DNA from: Owenia fusiformis
Lineage: Eukaryota
DNA length: 64,000 nt
Assembly: GCA_903813345.2 (NCBI GenBank)
Contig: CAIIXF020000001.1
Location: forward strand, 20,646,001 to 20,710,000
Reading direction: 5' to 3'
Positions 53,101 through 64,000 of the stretch are shown here, one piece after another. Positions within the stretch are counted from its first letter, which is position 1; every line of letters starts with the position of its first letter. Position numbers and translations under genes: made by a program. The notes beneath the pieces are model-generated. The model saw only the letters and a program-made list of their open reading frames with translations, was not told the origin of the DNA and made no database searches.

Positions 53101-56100
53101 TGCAGCTCTGATGTTTTCTCCTGCAGCTGTTGATCCACCCAAGTGTTTTGCTGTTGGAGTTGTTCTTTCTCCTGCTCCAGGCGCTTCTCTCTGAACTACA
53201 ACATGAACAACCACTTATATAATCTAATACATAATGTTAATGCCCCTTTGATTCGGGGTGGTCAATAAGCAGTCAATCATTTTGCACCTGACTGCACAAT
53301 ACATTGCCCCTTAAGTGTTTCAATCAAGAATGACATCATTTCTTGACATCATAATAATGAATCAGAGGGATGACATCATAACATGATGTCATAAAATGGA
53401 ATAGTTGCAGAAGTTGATGAATATGAGTGGTCAAATAATAGTTGGACAAAGCAAGCATTACTGTTTTATTTTTGGACTAGCTTAAAGGCACATTGTAACA
53501 TACAGCCGACAAAATGGTTCAAATTTTATTTTCAGGCTTTAGAGTCGATTTCATGGTTTAAACCTTCTCTGATGATTTTATTTTCAAACTACATGTATAC
53601 ATGCAGGTCTATTCAAAATAGAAGTCAAAACATGACCAATAGAAATCATAGTAAGCATTTGAAGATTATTAAGAAGCATTTAAAGTTGACAGCAAAATTG
53701 ACAGCAAAATTTGAAATAATTAAAATATATATGTATATATTTTTTAATGAATTTTTTTCGATTTCTGCTGAAATATGGTATGTTTCCTTGTGTTGATTGT
53801 TAAATTACAAAATAGGTAGGGTAAAGAATATGTAAAAGTTGCTTGATCTTGTCCCAGAAGCAATATTTTGTTATTTTTATTGCCTAGAATTCCTTTAACA
53901 ATTATACTGAACTTGCCATATGGTTGACTGTCAAAATGTTATTCCTCCTCCACTTTAAACCCTAGCCTGCGATTTCAGTTTACAATTTCAGAATACAATT
54001 CTGATAGCTAATCACACAATAGGTCAATAAATTCAATTCAATTCACTAGGGGTCACACGGTTTGAGATTTCACGGTTCGGTTCGGTTATTGTATTTCACA
54101 GTTCGGTTCGGTTCTGATTGCGGTTCTCACGGGCCTCGTGAAATGAGCAAAAATATATGAAATTGATCCGAAAATCAGAAAACATACTAAGTGTGTCACA
54201 GTGTTTTATTGTATTCAGTATTGTAAGTATCAAGTTTCACACAATGTTTGTTTGTTTGTTCAGTCTTTTTTCCCTCCCTCCCTCCCAAAATATCTGTGTG
54301 TTCACTGTGTTGATCTTCTTGTTTGATGTTCAAGTTTTTTCCACACATAAAATAACTTGTCAACTGTTGGCAAAATTAGCACAGTACTTCACTGAACTGA
54401 ATGAATGTTTTCTTTAGGAATATAACTTAAGTTCAACACTTTGTCAGGACTCAACATGGATCAAAGGCGAACGTAATACACAGAACGTGACTCGTTCGCA
54501 AATTCAATGCATTCGGCGTTCGGCTTTTTACAGTATACTGTTCTATCAACCAATAGGATTGCGCGAAATGTTTAGCGTAGGTCACTTCCGGGTCAATATG
54601 CCGGTGAAATTTATCAACATTTTCCTTTTGTTTTTGTTATCTGCCGTCTATATCAGAAGATCGTCGTAAATATCAGGTATGGTTCGCATTATTGCATGAT
54701 GATTAACGATTCCAGACGATGTTTAGTTAATTGGTATTACACGAAAGCTTGAAATGGAGTTTAATTCCGAGTTTACATTTTTATTTTTCTGAAGTGAAAC
54801 TGAAAATGTCACGGTTCTTCAAGAACCGCGGTTTTCAAGATTGTGTGCGAGCTAACCGTCGTGGAGGTATGAACCGCGGTAACCGCAAGCCACGGTTAAC
54901 CGTGTGACCCCTACAATTCACTTTATTTCAAATTACTTTTAGACATGTAAGACTTCACAATGACATGAAAAAAGACTTATAAGTAGCTACTCTACCCAAG
55001 TAGTTACTGCACTCCACAAAGAAAGTACAAGTTTATCACATTTGAACAATCATGCGGTTCACGGGGACTGGCTAGGTTCTCTTTTGGACTACAGTAGCTT
55101 ATATATAGATTGGTAATGATTTACCTTAGATGTAACTTCTTGAGTTTGGAACTCCTCCAGTTGTGCAAGAGCTTCACATTTTGCTTGGTTGGATGCTGCC
55201 ACCTTTTCACACATCGATGACCACTCCTCTGAAAATAGTCACCAATCACATTAATAATAGTGCAGCTTTTATGTTTAGAAAATATGTTTATATCAATACA
55301 ATTTGAAACACTCTGGACAATTTTTGTTATCATTATAGTTGAGTAAAAATATCTCAAGACAAAGACCTTTCAAACCCTTTTAAAATCAGTCACAGGCTAG
55401 TCGTTTGTCTCAAAAATGCTCCTATCATTTCCTCAAAGTTGACTTACCGTTGAGGCGTGTGATTTCCCTTTCTTTCCTGGTGAGCAGTTCACAGACATCT
55501 TGTTTCTCCAGTTTTAGCTGTGCATTACTGCGCTCAAGTTCTTGCTGTAAAAATTAACATAAAAGACGTGGACAGTCATTTAGACATTCACACGAGTTAA
55601 TATCGAAACCTTGAATTGTTTTCTGTTAACCAACATATATCCAAGAGGTTTTTAGTAAGTGATAAAACTGGCCCACTGTTATGTTAGCCTTAAATGTTGA
55701 CCTTCTGTCTTGGTTTAGGAAGTAACAATCCACTAGTGATATATTTTACAAAGAGTTACCTAAAGATGTTCAACTGAAGAAATGTTATCACTTACCCGTA
55801 TTTTCTCAAAATCTTGCTCACGTTTGTTAACCTCTCTGAGGTTGGTAGTCGTCTCATTGTATTTTGTTTCTAAAACACAACACAAAATCAAAATTGTTTG
55901 ATGAAGGGCTGGAGGGGGGGGGGGGGCATTATTACATCTTGGAAATAATAATTAATCATTATATTGAAAAAAATTACTACACTGTATTTTGAATTAAACT
56001 GTACAATCTATTTTCTAAGACGAGATATAATGATTTTAAAAATGGGAAGGTTTTTGAAATAAATAAGTAAACCAAATTGTCTTTCAATAAAGACCAATGT

Positions 56101-58590
56101 CAAGGAACATAGTGCAGAAAATCCAAAATCTGTCTAACCAAAGATTATTGTTAATTTTAAATTTCTGTTTGTTTTGTATAAAGGGCACAAGACAACACAG
56201 ATTAATAAATAAGCCTACCTAATTCTTTTAACTGTTGCTTGAGTTCAGTGTTTTCTTTGGCCGATTCCTCCCTCTTGGTAGTGCTCGATATAAGCTGCTT
56301 CTCCAAGTTGAAACATCGTTGCTCTAGAAATCAGTGAAGGATACAATGTAGGGAATAAGCATGTTAAACATTATATTGTCTAACTTCCTAGAAACTGATT
56401 GACAAGACAAACATTTGATGAAAAGTAAAATGAATAAATCTTTAATAAAAGACATTCATATTCTGATAAATGGCTTAATAATGCCTTTTACTTTGAATGC
56501 AATATATAATACAAATGTGCAAATGTCTCTTTTAGCACAGATAAAGTAGAAGGATAGGGTTTACAACATATGTAAGTTATAACAGAAAAGGTAAAATGAA
56601 ACACAAGATCAACAGTTAAACCAGTTAAAACATTAAGACAATATAAGTTCACCCTTAAAACAAGTGCAAGCTTCTAGACGAGTCAAACGTAGAATATGAA
56701 ATACCATGTAGCTTGTGTAAAGAAATATATATTGGAGAGACAGGCAGAATATTAGATGTAAGATTGACAGAACATAAGAAAGTTGTCTCTGATTGTGAGT
56801 TGACAAGATACACAAGAAATGTTAAGAAAGTACAGTCTGTTACACTGCTTAAAACTGTTAATTCTCAAAAAAATAACATGGGGGACAGACTTCAAATTAC
56901 AAGAGGGTACAGGCTTATTGCACAAAACACTTAATAATCTGAAATATACAAATGTCATTCGTGTGCAATATGAATATGTTTTTCTATATATTATGGCACA
57001 ATGGTCTATAGATTTCTTATTTTTCAGGTTCAACTGCTTGCCTTTGAAGCAGTGTAACAAACTGGGAAATCAGCAGTCATTGATCATGTGCATCGCTCAG
57101 ATGAACTTTTTAACAGATTGGGACAATGTAAAGGTTATATACAATGAAGGTCACAGAAATAAACATTGGATAGTCAATTTCCATCAAGAAAGTGTATGAA
57201 TAGAGACTCAGGCAATCACCAATTATCAAGTGTGGAAACGAAGGGCTTATTAATTCTCGAGGTCAATTTACAACTTCAAGCAGTTTTGAGAAAGTCAAGC
57301 AAGCATCTTACTCCCCTAGTTCAACAAGTTAAACCTAGTCTGGGCCTTATTTCTTATCTGACATTTCTTGTGGCCCGCCCTAGGTTTAACATCCCTGCCT
57401 ATTCGGCCCTTGATGCAAAAAATTTTAATGATGGCCTATGGCAGCGCATAGAATTTCATGCACGTTTTATTAATAACTGATAGCGAGAATTTGCAACCAA
57501 TGAAAGCATAGCACGGAAGTTAAACCCAACCACTGAAACAAGAACACTCAGATTATAAATGAAAGCCGTGGTATTGGGTTTAACTTGTTGAACTACTTAC
57601 TCCCCATGAAACTGAAACAAACTAGACCATGGGCTTTCTCTGTACATAGTACAAAGTAGTGTTGTCGCGATGTGCCATAATCGTACATCGATGCATCGGC
57701 AATTTTCAGTAGTAAACATCGATGCACATCGCGATGTACATCGAGAAAAAGTTCGAGAAAAGTGCACTGAAATACCGAACGCTAATGCACTAAAATATCG
57801 AACAGAACAAATTAATAAGAGTACGCTGGTACATCCGGGAACATAGTAACTGTGAAATGAAAGTAATTTTTTTTAGATTAATGGTTCATTTCGACTAGCT
57901 AAAAAAGTTTTAAAGCGAAAGAATATCAGCAAACATTTGAAAATGAAATAAGACATGAAAAAAGGTAAGCAATTTGCGTCAAAATAAGATAAGAAAGGGC
58001 GATTTTTAGCAAATTAAATTTTTTTAAAAACATCGATGTTTTGTTTCAGACATCGATGCATCGCCAGAACCAGCTTTGGCGATGTATATCGCGATGTATC
58101 GATTAATCGCGACAACACTAGTACAAAGTGAAACCAATGTATCTAGTGACCAAAGGCAGCATTAAAGTGCCATCGTGTTAAGTACACTAACACGTAAATT
58201 AGATAAAGAAGAAGAAGAACTAATTGAAAGCCCATGACTAGACTAATGGAGAATAACATTCGTTCAATGAACTTTTAAATCAAATATTTCACATGCCTTA
58301 TATCACATATTTAAAAGTAACATGCGTCTAATTGCATAGAAAATGATAAATTACGGAAAATATAAGCCGGTGTTTTAAAATTTTTAAAAAAATCAGCTTT
58401 TTTATTTTTGTTTTCTAAACAAACCTTTATCAATGAGAAGTTCTTCGTTCTTCTGTTTCAACTCATCAACGCTGCTTTGGAGGCTATTGATCTTTGATTC
58501 TAGCTTACATTTAACCTCATCAGACAGTGCATCGACCTCCGGGGGCTCTAAAACGGAGGCTAGCACATTTTCTGAGATTTTGGCGGCCAT
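29199..58590 (-). CDS. TPR: Nucleoprotein TPR / Megator (nuclear basket), about 49 coding exons; first exon 58590-58425, last 29518-29199
   Basis: Long coiled coil with APTAAATSKLLKSGKTLSQVY, EIEQKAPML, SIEELQEQNQRL, QRDMYRVLL, KYEREMMLHA, RFLRREKEIA, LKKIGRKY and TANIRPT. Acidic tail with VPSTPTL, DGFAEAVSSP, GRSVPSTP and an RGG-rich end. Exons were walked with consistent GT-AG phases. Confidence 0.96.
30616..30724. repeat. 21-bp tandem repeat x5
   Basis: Unit acatgtcatataaaatgtatg. Confidence 0.95.
39843..39973 (-). mobile_element. Miniature Helentron-type element, family B; related copies at about 18301-18415, 33334-33445, 34770-34830, 48370-48426 and 52019-52164
   Basis: Minus strand: tttttATGTCACCAccaaaagTGGTGACAT (subTIR plus inverted repeat) ... 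TGGTGACATttt, hairpin gcatattaatgc, terminal CTTGT. Confidence 0.7.
41537..41990. repeat. AT-rich repeat element with internal inverted repeats
   Basis: Ends tatcccatggtt / aaccataggata; internal aaaccatcgaatatcac versus gatattcgatggttt (twice). Confidence 0.45.
43077..43188. repeat. 55-bp tandem duplication
   Basis: ttaaaatatggtcg(t/c)ataaatgatcccttttcaaaatctgtgttttgtgccat occurs twice. Confidence 0.9.
43777..45451. repeat. 30-bp minisatellite (about 19.5 units at 43777-44364 plus about 1.7 units at 45399-45451), split by a mariner remnant
   Basis: Unit acattgtttacaacagtggtactatagtgt. Confidence 0.97.
44365..45396 (-). mobile_element. Internally deleted, degenerate mariner with long diverged TIRs
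   Basis: TA TSD 44363-44364 / 45397-45398. TIRs start cagggtgttccaaaagtaacaggactggt and end at cccggggcaac. Minus-strand remnants IHLDRAPA, HAPYSSDHATSNFYL and VFESWIQ. Confidence 0.9.
48457..49022. mobile_element. Older hAT-type MITE with GGGAC subterminal repeats
   Basis: Termini tagggatgtcacg / catgagatctcta. The 8-bp flanks match only 5/8 (ttaataac / acattaac). Confidence 0.55.
50879..51339. mobile_element. hAT-type MITE
   Basis: 14-bp TIR taggggtgagacga / tcgtctcaccccta; perfect 8-bp TSD gttgctat; TCGA(G/A) subterminal repeats. Confidence 0.93.
53486..53894. mobile_element. Possible old Kolobok-like element
   Basis: TTAA|AGG ... CCT|TTAA ends, but little further TIR match. Confidence 0.3.
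54047..54913. mobile_element. hAT-type MITE
   Basis: 16-bp TIR taggggtcacacggtt / aaccgtgtgaccccta; perfect 8-bp TSD caattcac; CGGTT/AACCG subterminal repeats. Confidence 0.93.
56692..57240 (+). mobile_element. Penelope-like retroelement 3' fragment (GIY-YIG endonuclease), interrupted
   Basis: YEIPCSLCKEIYIGETGRILDVRLTEHKK; after an insertion, DWDNVKVI and MNRDSGNHQLSSV, typical of the PLE C-terminus. Confidence 0.8.
57317..57595. mobile_element. Mutator-like MITE
   Basis: 19-bp TIR tagttcaacaagttaaacc / ggtttaacttgttgaacta; 10-bp TSD cttactcccc at 57307-57316 and 57596-57605. Confidence 0.85.
57657..58120. mobile_element. hAT-type MITE
   Basis: 15-bp TIR tagtgttgtcgcgat / atcgcgacaacacta; perfect 8-bp TSD gtacaaag; CATCG/CGATG subterminal repeats. 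Confidence 0.93.
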
Positions 58591-59047
58591 TGTGTTTTGA
58601 ATGAAAAAGAGGCCAATCGCACTGGATGAAAAGAAAATTCCCGGGAAAATACAGCAAGTCAACAGCACAAATGAAAGCTCAGCCAAAATGATTGATAAAA
58701 GTTATTTTGGACCTTGAACATTAGGAGGCTTTGGTGAAATACATCTCCAAATTATGTAATAAGTCTAATAAGCCAATATGGAAAAATTGCTAGCCATTGT
58801 TAGATTCACATATTCTCAAATCAATTTATATTTCCATCCTGGAGGGAGAGGGGTAAGAGAAGACTACGATTGTCTGTTGACGTTGACTACATCAAATCAA
58901 AACTGTATGATAAAGATGTTTACAATACTGGAACCAGATGCAGATCTGAAAATTCACAAGGGGGACTCAGTCACTCAAACAATATTCCTAAAAATCAGTT
59001 CCAGGATGATGCATGGAAGGATGTTGGGAACTGATTTGTTTAGCCCA

Positions 59048-59233
59048 CAGGCCCGTAGACAGGATTTGCCAAGGGGGGGTTCAATTTTCAAAGATTTCCA
59101 GGGGGGGTTTACATTTGACAATTTTGCCCCAAATATGGCTAAAATCACTTGAAAAGTGCTCAAAATGGTGAAAAACTGCATGAAAGGGGCATGCCCGAAC
59201 CCTGCAAACCCCCCTCCCCTGGCTACGGGCCTG
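59048..59233. mobile_element. Short TIR element with 5-bp TSD (hAT5-like)
   Basis: TIR caggcccgtagacagg / cctggctacgggcctg (15/16); gccca at 59043-59047 and 59234-59238. Confidence 0.8.
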
Positions 59234-60024
59234 GCCCATATGAACCAGTTGACATGTATAATGTTTTATGAATTATTGCCCACTGATTGTTCTCTTTTGA
59301 CTAAAATGTTATTGAATTGATGGGCGTTGCCAGTTTCAAATAGTTTGCAGGAAACTTTCTGCAGAGCACTACTACTTAATTACCCTCTGACATGTGATTC
59401 TTCAGTTTTGATGTTAACAGGAACACATAACTTGAAACACTCTTAGAGATACAGCTTAGAGCCGAGGAATATCTAACTTTTGTGAACAGTGATATTCTGA
59501 TTGATTTTTTTGCCTAGGTAAAGAATTATCTCAGAGGGAAAGAATAAAGCTAATCAAGACTCTTGCAAAGGGTAATACAGTAATACACATGACATAAGAA
59601 CTTTGTGTCAGTGTTTATGTCAATTGCAAATAATAACTTATACAAATAAAATGTTCAGTTAACTTGCAAATGAACTGATTTTTTGTTCTGCCATGGGTTT
59701 TCTTTGAAATTCCATGACTGAATGAACTTACACAAAATAATTGGTTCACCAGACATTCAATAGGTAGCGCATAAATCTTTGGAAACTTTGGACCAATCAA
59801 AAAAGTTTTTACATTTTGAGTTCGGTGTTACTTCATTCATTCGCCGAGAAGCAGACAAGTCGGGGAAAGTTGTGTTTCTCACTTATCAATGTTTTAGACA
59901 TAAATCTGCGATATTCAAGACAAAATCGAACTTTAGATGGTCAAAAATAACGCAGAGGGAGTTTACAAGCAACACTGAAGACACGGCATAGCTGAGGATT
60001 TCTAATTTCTGTCAGCAATTGACA

Positions 60025-60445
60025 ATGCTGAGATTTGCATGTTTGGTGTTTTTATTTCACCTGTCAAGTACAAGTGCTTACAGGTGCGAGGAACCTCTTC
60101 CTTTAGAAAAAAGAGAAGAAATAGCCAATGTGGTGTTTACTGGGACAGTACGGGATATCATGCCCGACAAGATCCACCCAAACATGTACAAAGGCGAAGT
60201 TGAGATAAAGCGTGTCATGAAAGGTTTCAATGTAATCCGACAAGTTCCAGCGCAAATTCATCATAACCACCGCATGGTTATGGTTGATGGATTTGGAGAC
60301 CCAACTATTTGTAAAAATATGCCACGTAAATATGACACAAAAATATTCTTAGTTCAAAAGGGCCAAAATGGAGAATTGAAACTGAATTCGAGTTTGGTCC
60401 CAATTACGTTGACAAACATTGAGAGGACCGAGGCAGCAGTTATGA
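60025..60445 (+). CDS. AGRN: Agrin-like protein, first coding exon: signal peptide plus NtA (laminin-binding) domain; continues beyond the donor at 60446
   Basis: Hydrophobic leader, then LEKREEIANVVFTGTV, VDGFGDPTIC, DTKIFLV and LKLNSSLVPITL, matching the agrin NtA domain; donor A|GTGAGT. It could be a non-agrin NtA protein. Confidence 0.8.
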
Positions 60446-61798
60446 GTGAGTACATTTTGGCTTTTATAGATAATATAGTGCATTATAGGCTTCATAACTG
60501 TTGCAGGTGCATAGGGAAGACCTGAACTGTCCTAGGCCACAATCACAGTAGTTCAAGCAAGTAGCCCCTGATATGACATGTTTTATGATAAACAGGTATA
60601 ATCATTCAGCTGATGTTCACTTCACATGTGCTATGTATCTATGATTTTGTAACTGATAGTGATTTAATTAGTTTTTCGCAGGTGACAGATGACTCATGGT
60701 AAAGTACATATACGTCCAGACATGTTCACATCTGGGTTAAAATACCAGAGTTAAAAAGTTCACCCGTTCTTTCGAGAATACAAAAGACTCAGCTGCATAA
60801 AAAATAAATTTTTATAAACCATAGATTGAGATAAATGGGAATCAGACTAAATTCCAGTTGAGGAAATGTGAACTTTTCTTTAACTTGATGAACATTTTTA
60901 ATGTTGAATTTTATCAATTCTTTAACTCAGAATATGTTCAATGACTTCTCTTAACTACCACTATACGGATGTTCATGGATGGACAGCTCAGATTTAAAGT
61001 AATTAGGCCAATCAAACCACCATTTACTGGACTAGACTGGTGCTCTATGAGCTATAGGAATTGAAATACCCGCAAATTACAGAGTAGCCTCAATGGCCTT
61101 CCTATTGATAATAGAAATTTAATATTATTAAATGTCAGTGTTTGAAAAGGCCATCACACTTTTACCCCACACTTTGAAGTCCCTAATGGCCAACATTAAA
61201 CCAAATGTTTCTCAGTGTACTGTATGTTAATACACCTCTGATGTACCACCTGTACGTATGGTATCTGTAGTACATGTAGATTTGTGTTAATTATGGTAAT
61301 TATAAGTTCATTGATGACACTATGACCTGCTGATCACAATTCACTGATACCATGATACTAACAACACCACACTCAAACAAGTACTTTGAAATAACGCATT
61401 GTGTTAAAGTTATTTTACCTGGTTGCTAGACAGACAACTTACCTTTGGTTATCAGATATAGTCTAAACAAAAAAGGACCAATCACGTCACTACAAGATAA
61501 TCTTTCCTAACTGGGCATTGCATTTTGTCTTGTACCAACTAACCAAATCAATTAAAAGATATTTTTGTTTGTTTGGTTTCAACATTTTGCATTTGTCTTA
61601 TAGACAAATCTAGACGGTGATGACCTTCTTCATTACAGAAAATACAGGTGGTTTCTTTAAGATTCTTTGTAGACTGAAACGGGTTTCACTTTGATTTCTT
61701 CAAGTTAATAAAATATATAATAGTTTATAAGAGAGACTTTAGGAAAACAGATTTCAGACTTCTGTCTGAATTTTCATTTTTTATTGAATATGAAATAA

Positions 61799-63080
61799 TT
61801 ATCCCATCGAACGAAGTTCGGAGGGATATAGGGAACGCCTCCGTCCGTCCGTCCGTCCGTCCGTCCGTCCGTCCGTCCGTACGTACGTCCGTCCGTCCGT
61901 CCGTACGTACGTCCGTCCGTCCGTCCGGGCAATAACTCAAATACCGTTGGCCCGATTTTATTCATATTTTGTATACATATACCCTATGGGGGTAGAAGTT
62001 CTGCTCGAAAGCCGATTTTCAAAATGGCCGCTCATTTAAAAATGGCGGCCATTTTAGTGCCGATTTTACAGTAATTTAAGTGCAATATGTAAAACTGTAA
62101 TAGCAATATGTTTTAAATGTAAAAAAAGTATATAGGACATTAATAAAGCTAGAAATGTAGATATTAAAAAAGCACATGGCAGCCATCTTGAAAAATGGCG
62201 GCCTTTTCTCGTTATTTTACGATTTTAGCTGTAACTCGAAAAGTAGTGGAGCGATTTTGTTCATATTTGGTATGTGAATACTATAAGCATGGCACACTGT
62301 TTAATGACACTTTTGGTAGAAGGTGGCCATTTTGAAAAATGGCGGACATTTTGAAAAATGGCTGCCATTTTAACTTATTTTACTAAAACTCGAAAAATAG
62401 TGGAGCGATTTTGTTCATATTTGGTATGTGAATACGTATAAGCATGGCACACTGTCTAATGACACTTTTGGTAGAGGGCGGTCATTTTTCAAAATGGCCA
62501 CCATTTTAACGTATTTTACTATAACTTGAAAAGTAGTGGAGCGATTTTGTTCATATTCGGTATGTGAATACTGTAAGCATGGCACACTGTCTAATGACAC
62601 TTTTGGTAGAAGGCGGCCATTTTGAAAAATGGCGGACATTTTGAAAAATGGCTGCCATTTTAACTTATTTTACTATAACTCGAAAAGTAGTGGAGCGATT
62701 TTGTTCATATTTGATAGTGAATACGCATAAGCATGGCACACTGTCTAATGACACTTTTGGTAGAAGGCGGCCATTTTAACGTATTTTACTATAACTCGAA
62801 AAGTAGTGGAGCGATTTTGTTCATATATGGTATGTGAATACTATAAGCATGGCACACTGTCTAATGAGACTTTTAGTAGAAGGCGGCCATTTTTCAAAAT
62901 GGCCACCATTTAAACGTATTTTACTATAACTCGAAAAGTAGTAGAGCGATTTTGAATATATTTGGTATGTGAATATTATAAGCATGGCACACTGTCTAAT
63001 GACACTTTTGGTAGAAGGTGCCCCTTTTGAAAAATGTTCGATGGGATTCGCTACGCTTTGGCGTTGCCGTTGTTCTGGTT
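61799..63080 (+). mobile_element. Non-autonomous Helentron-type element, family A, long copy with expanded microsatellite and internal tandem array
   Basis: Same ends as 12852-13551. (TCCG)n with TACG variants at 61840-61927; about 6 units of 116-154 bp anchored on aagtagtggagcgattttgttcatat. Confidence 0.85.
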
Positions 63081-64000
63081 TAAGTTTTTAGGCATTTGAA
63101 TAAAGGAGTCCTTCATAAAATTCCCAGGTTAAAAAATGAGACATATAGTCAAGCTTAGACTCAATATAGACACGTTATTTCTGAAATTGTTTGATCATTT
63201 TTTGTCACTGATTAAACTGTGAAACGGATTTTATGGAGTGTTTGTATGGCAGACTATGTAGTTGTCACATATAGGTGATGTGCTTTTAAAAGGTTTTGAC
63301 ATTTTAGTAAGTCAAGTCTGAGTGCGTTGGTTGAGAGGTATTTCTTTATTTAGTACACTACTTAGAGTTTCTATCAAATGTACAGTAACATACCGTTGAA
63401 TACCCTGATTCAGTATTGCAATGATAATAATGATTCTGTATGATATTCTAATCATAAATAAGTTCATAATGAGATTTTGAAATAATTTTAGAGACTAGTA
63501 GTTGTGGACTAGAAAAAGAAGTCCATCGGCATCTTTATTTTAGATTTTGAGGAATGTATATGTACACTCTCAAGAATTTAAAATTTTGATAGGAATGGGC
63601 AAATATAGCAGGGTCAATACAAATTTCTGTACAATGTTCTTACTGATTTCTTACTGATTACTGATTTACCAATAAATAGTGTTATTTTAGACTCATATGT
63701 CTTGTTTCACAACTTTCTTGGTTAATTTCAAATTAGTCAGACTTTTTAGATCCAAATGTTAATGTATGAACTTAAAGTGACTTACATATGTTAATAAAGC
63801 TTTGTTAACTGTTGATACAAAATTATTAAGATTGGCATTCTATATGCAATCTATTTAATGTTGAGCAGGGATTTTCTTGAAATGGTAAGTTAACTGGTAG
63901 GAATTATGTTTTCATTTAACTCATAATATGCATGTAAGTTTGAAGAACAGAGAATTGTTTGAAATTGAATTTATCTTTGAGAAGTACAATAAACAATTTT

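Noticed and set aside
61725-61965. ORFs with RTDG repeats
   Set aside because: Translation of the (TCCG)n microsatellite in the Helentron-type element.

Overview
AT-rich, intron-rich eukaryotic DNA, probably from a marine lophotrochozoan invertebrate (inferred from gene content and repeat types). It is not prokaryotic and has no CRISPR array. Five spliced protein genes were reconstructed by hand from splice sites and reading phase: the 3' part of KANSL1/NSL1 (+), HAT1 (-, with one GC-AG intron), tektin-2 (+), nucleoporin TPR/Megator (-, about 49 coding exons), and the signal peptide plus NtA exon of an agrin-like gene (+). The introns hold many DNA transposons with readable termini and target-site duplications (mariner, hAT, hAT5-like, Mutator-like, Kolobok-like, Helentron-type) and a Penelope fragment. 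Most notable: (1) two paralogous box C/D snoRNAs in consecutive KANSL1 introns; (2) a young DD34D mariner with 189-bp TIRs, a spliceosomal intron in its transposase, one nonsense codon and three RFX X-box motifs; (3) a candidate two-exon, basic 57-63 aa microprotein gene antisense in HAT1 intron 1, next to that mariner; (4) a TTAA-flanked TIR element carrying a tRNA-Pro/Ala-like Pol III cassette. Gene and family names come from remembered motifs, not database searches.
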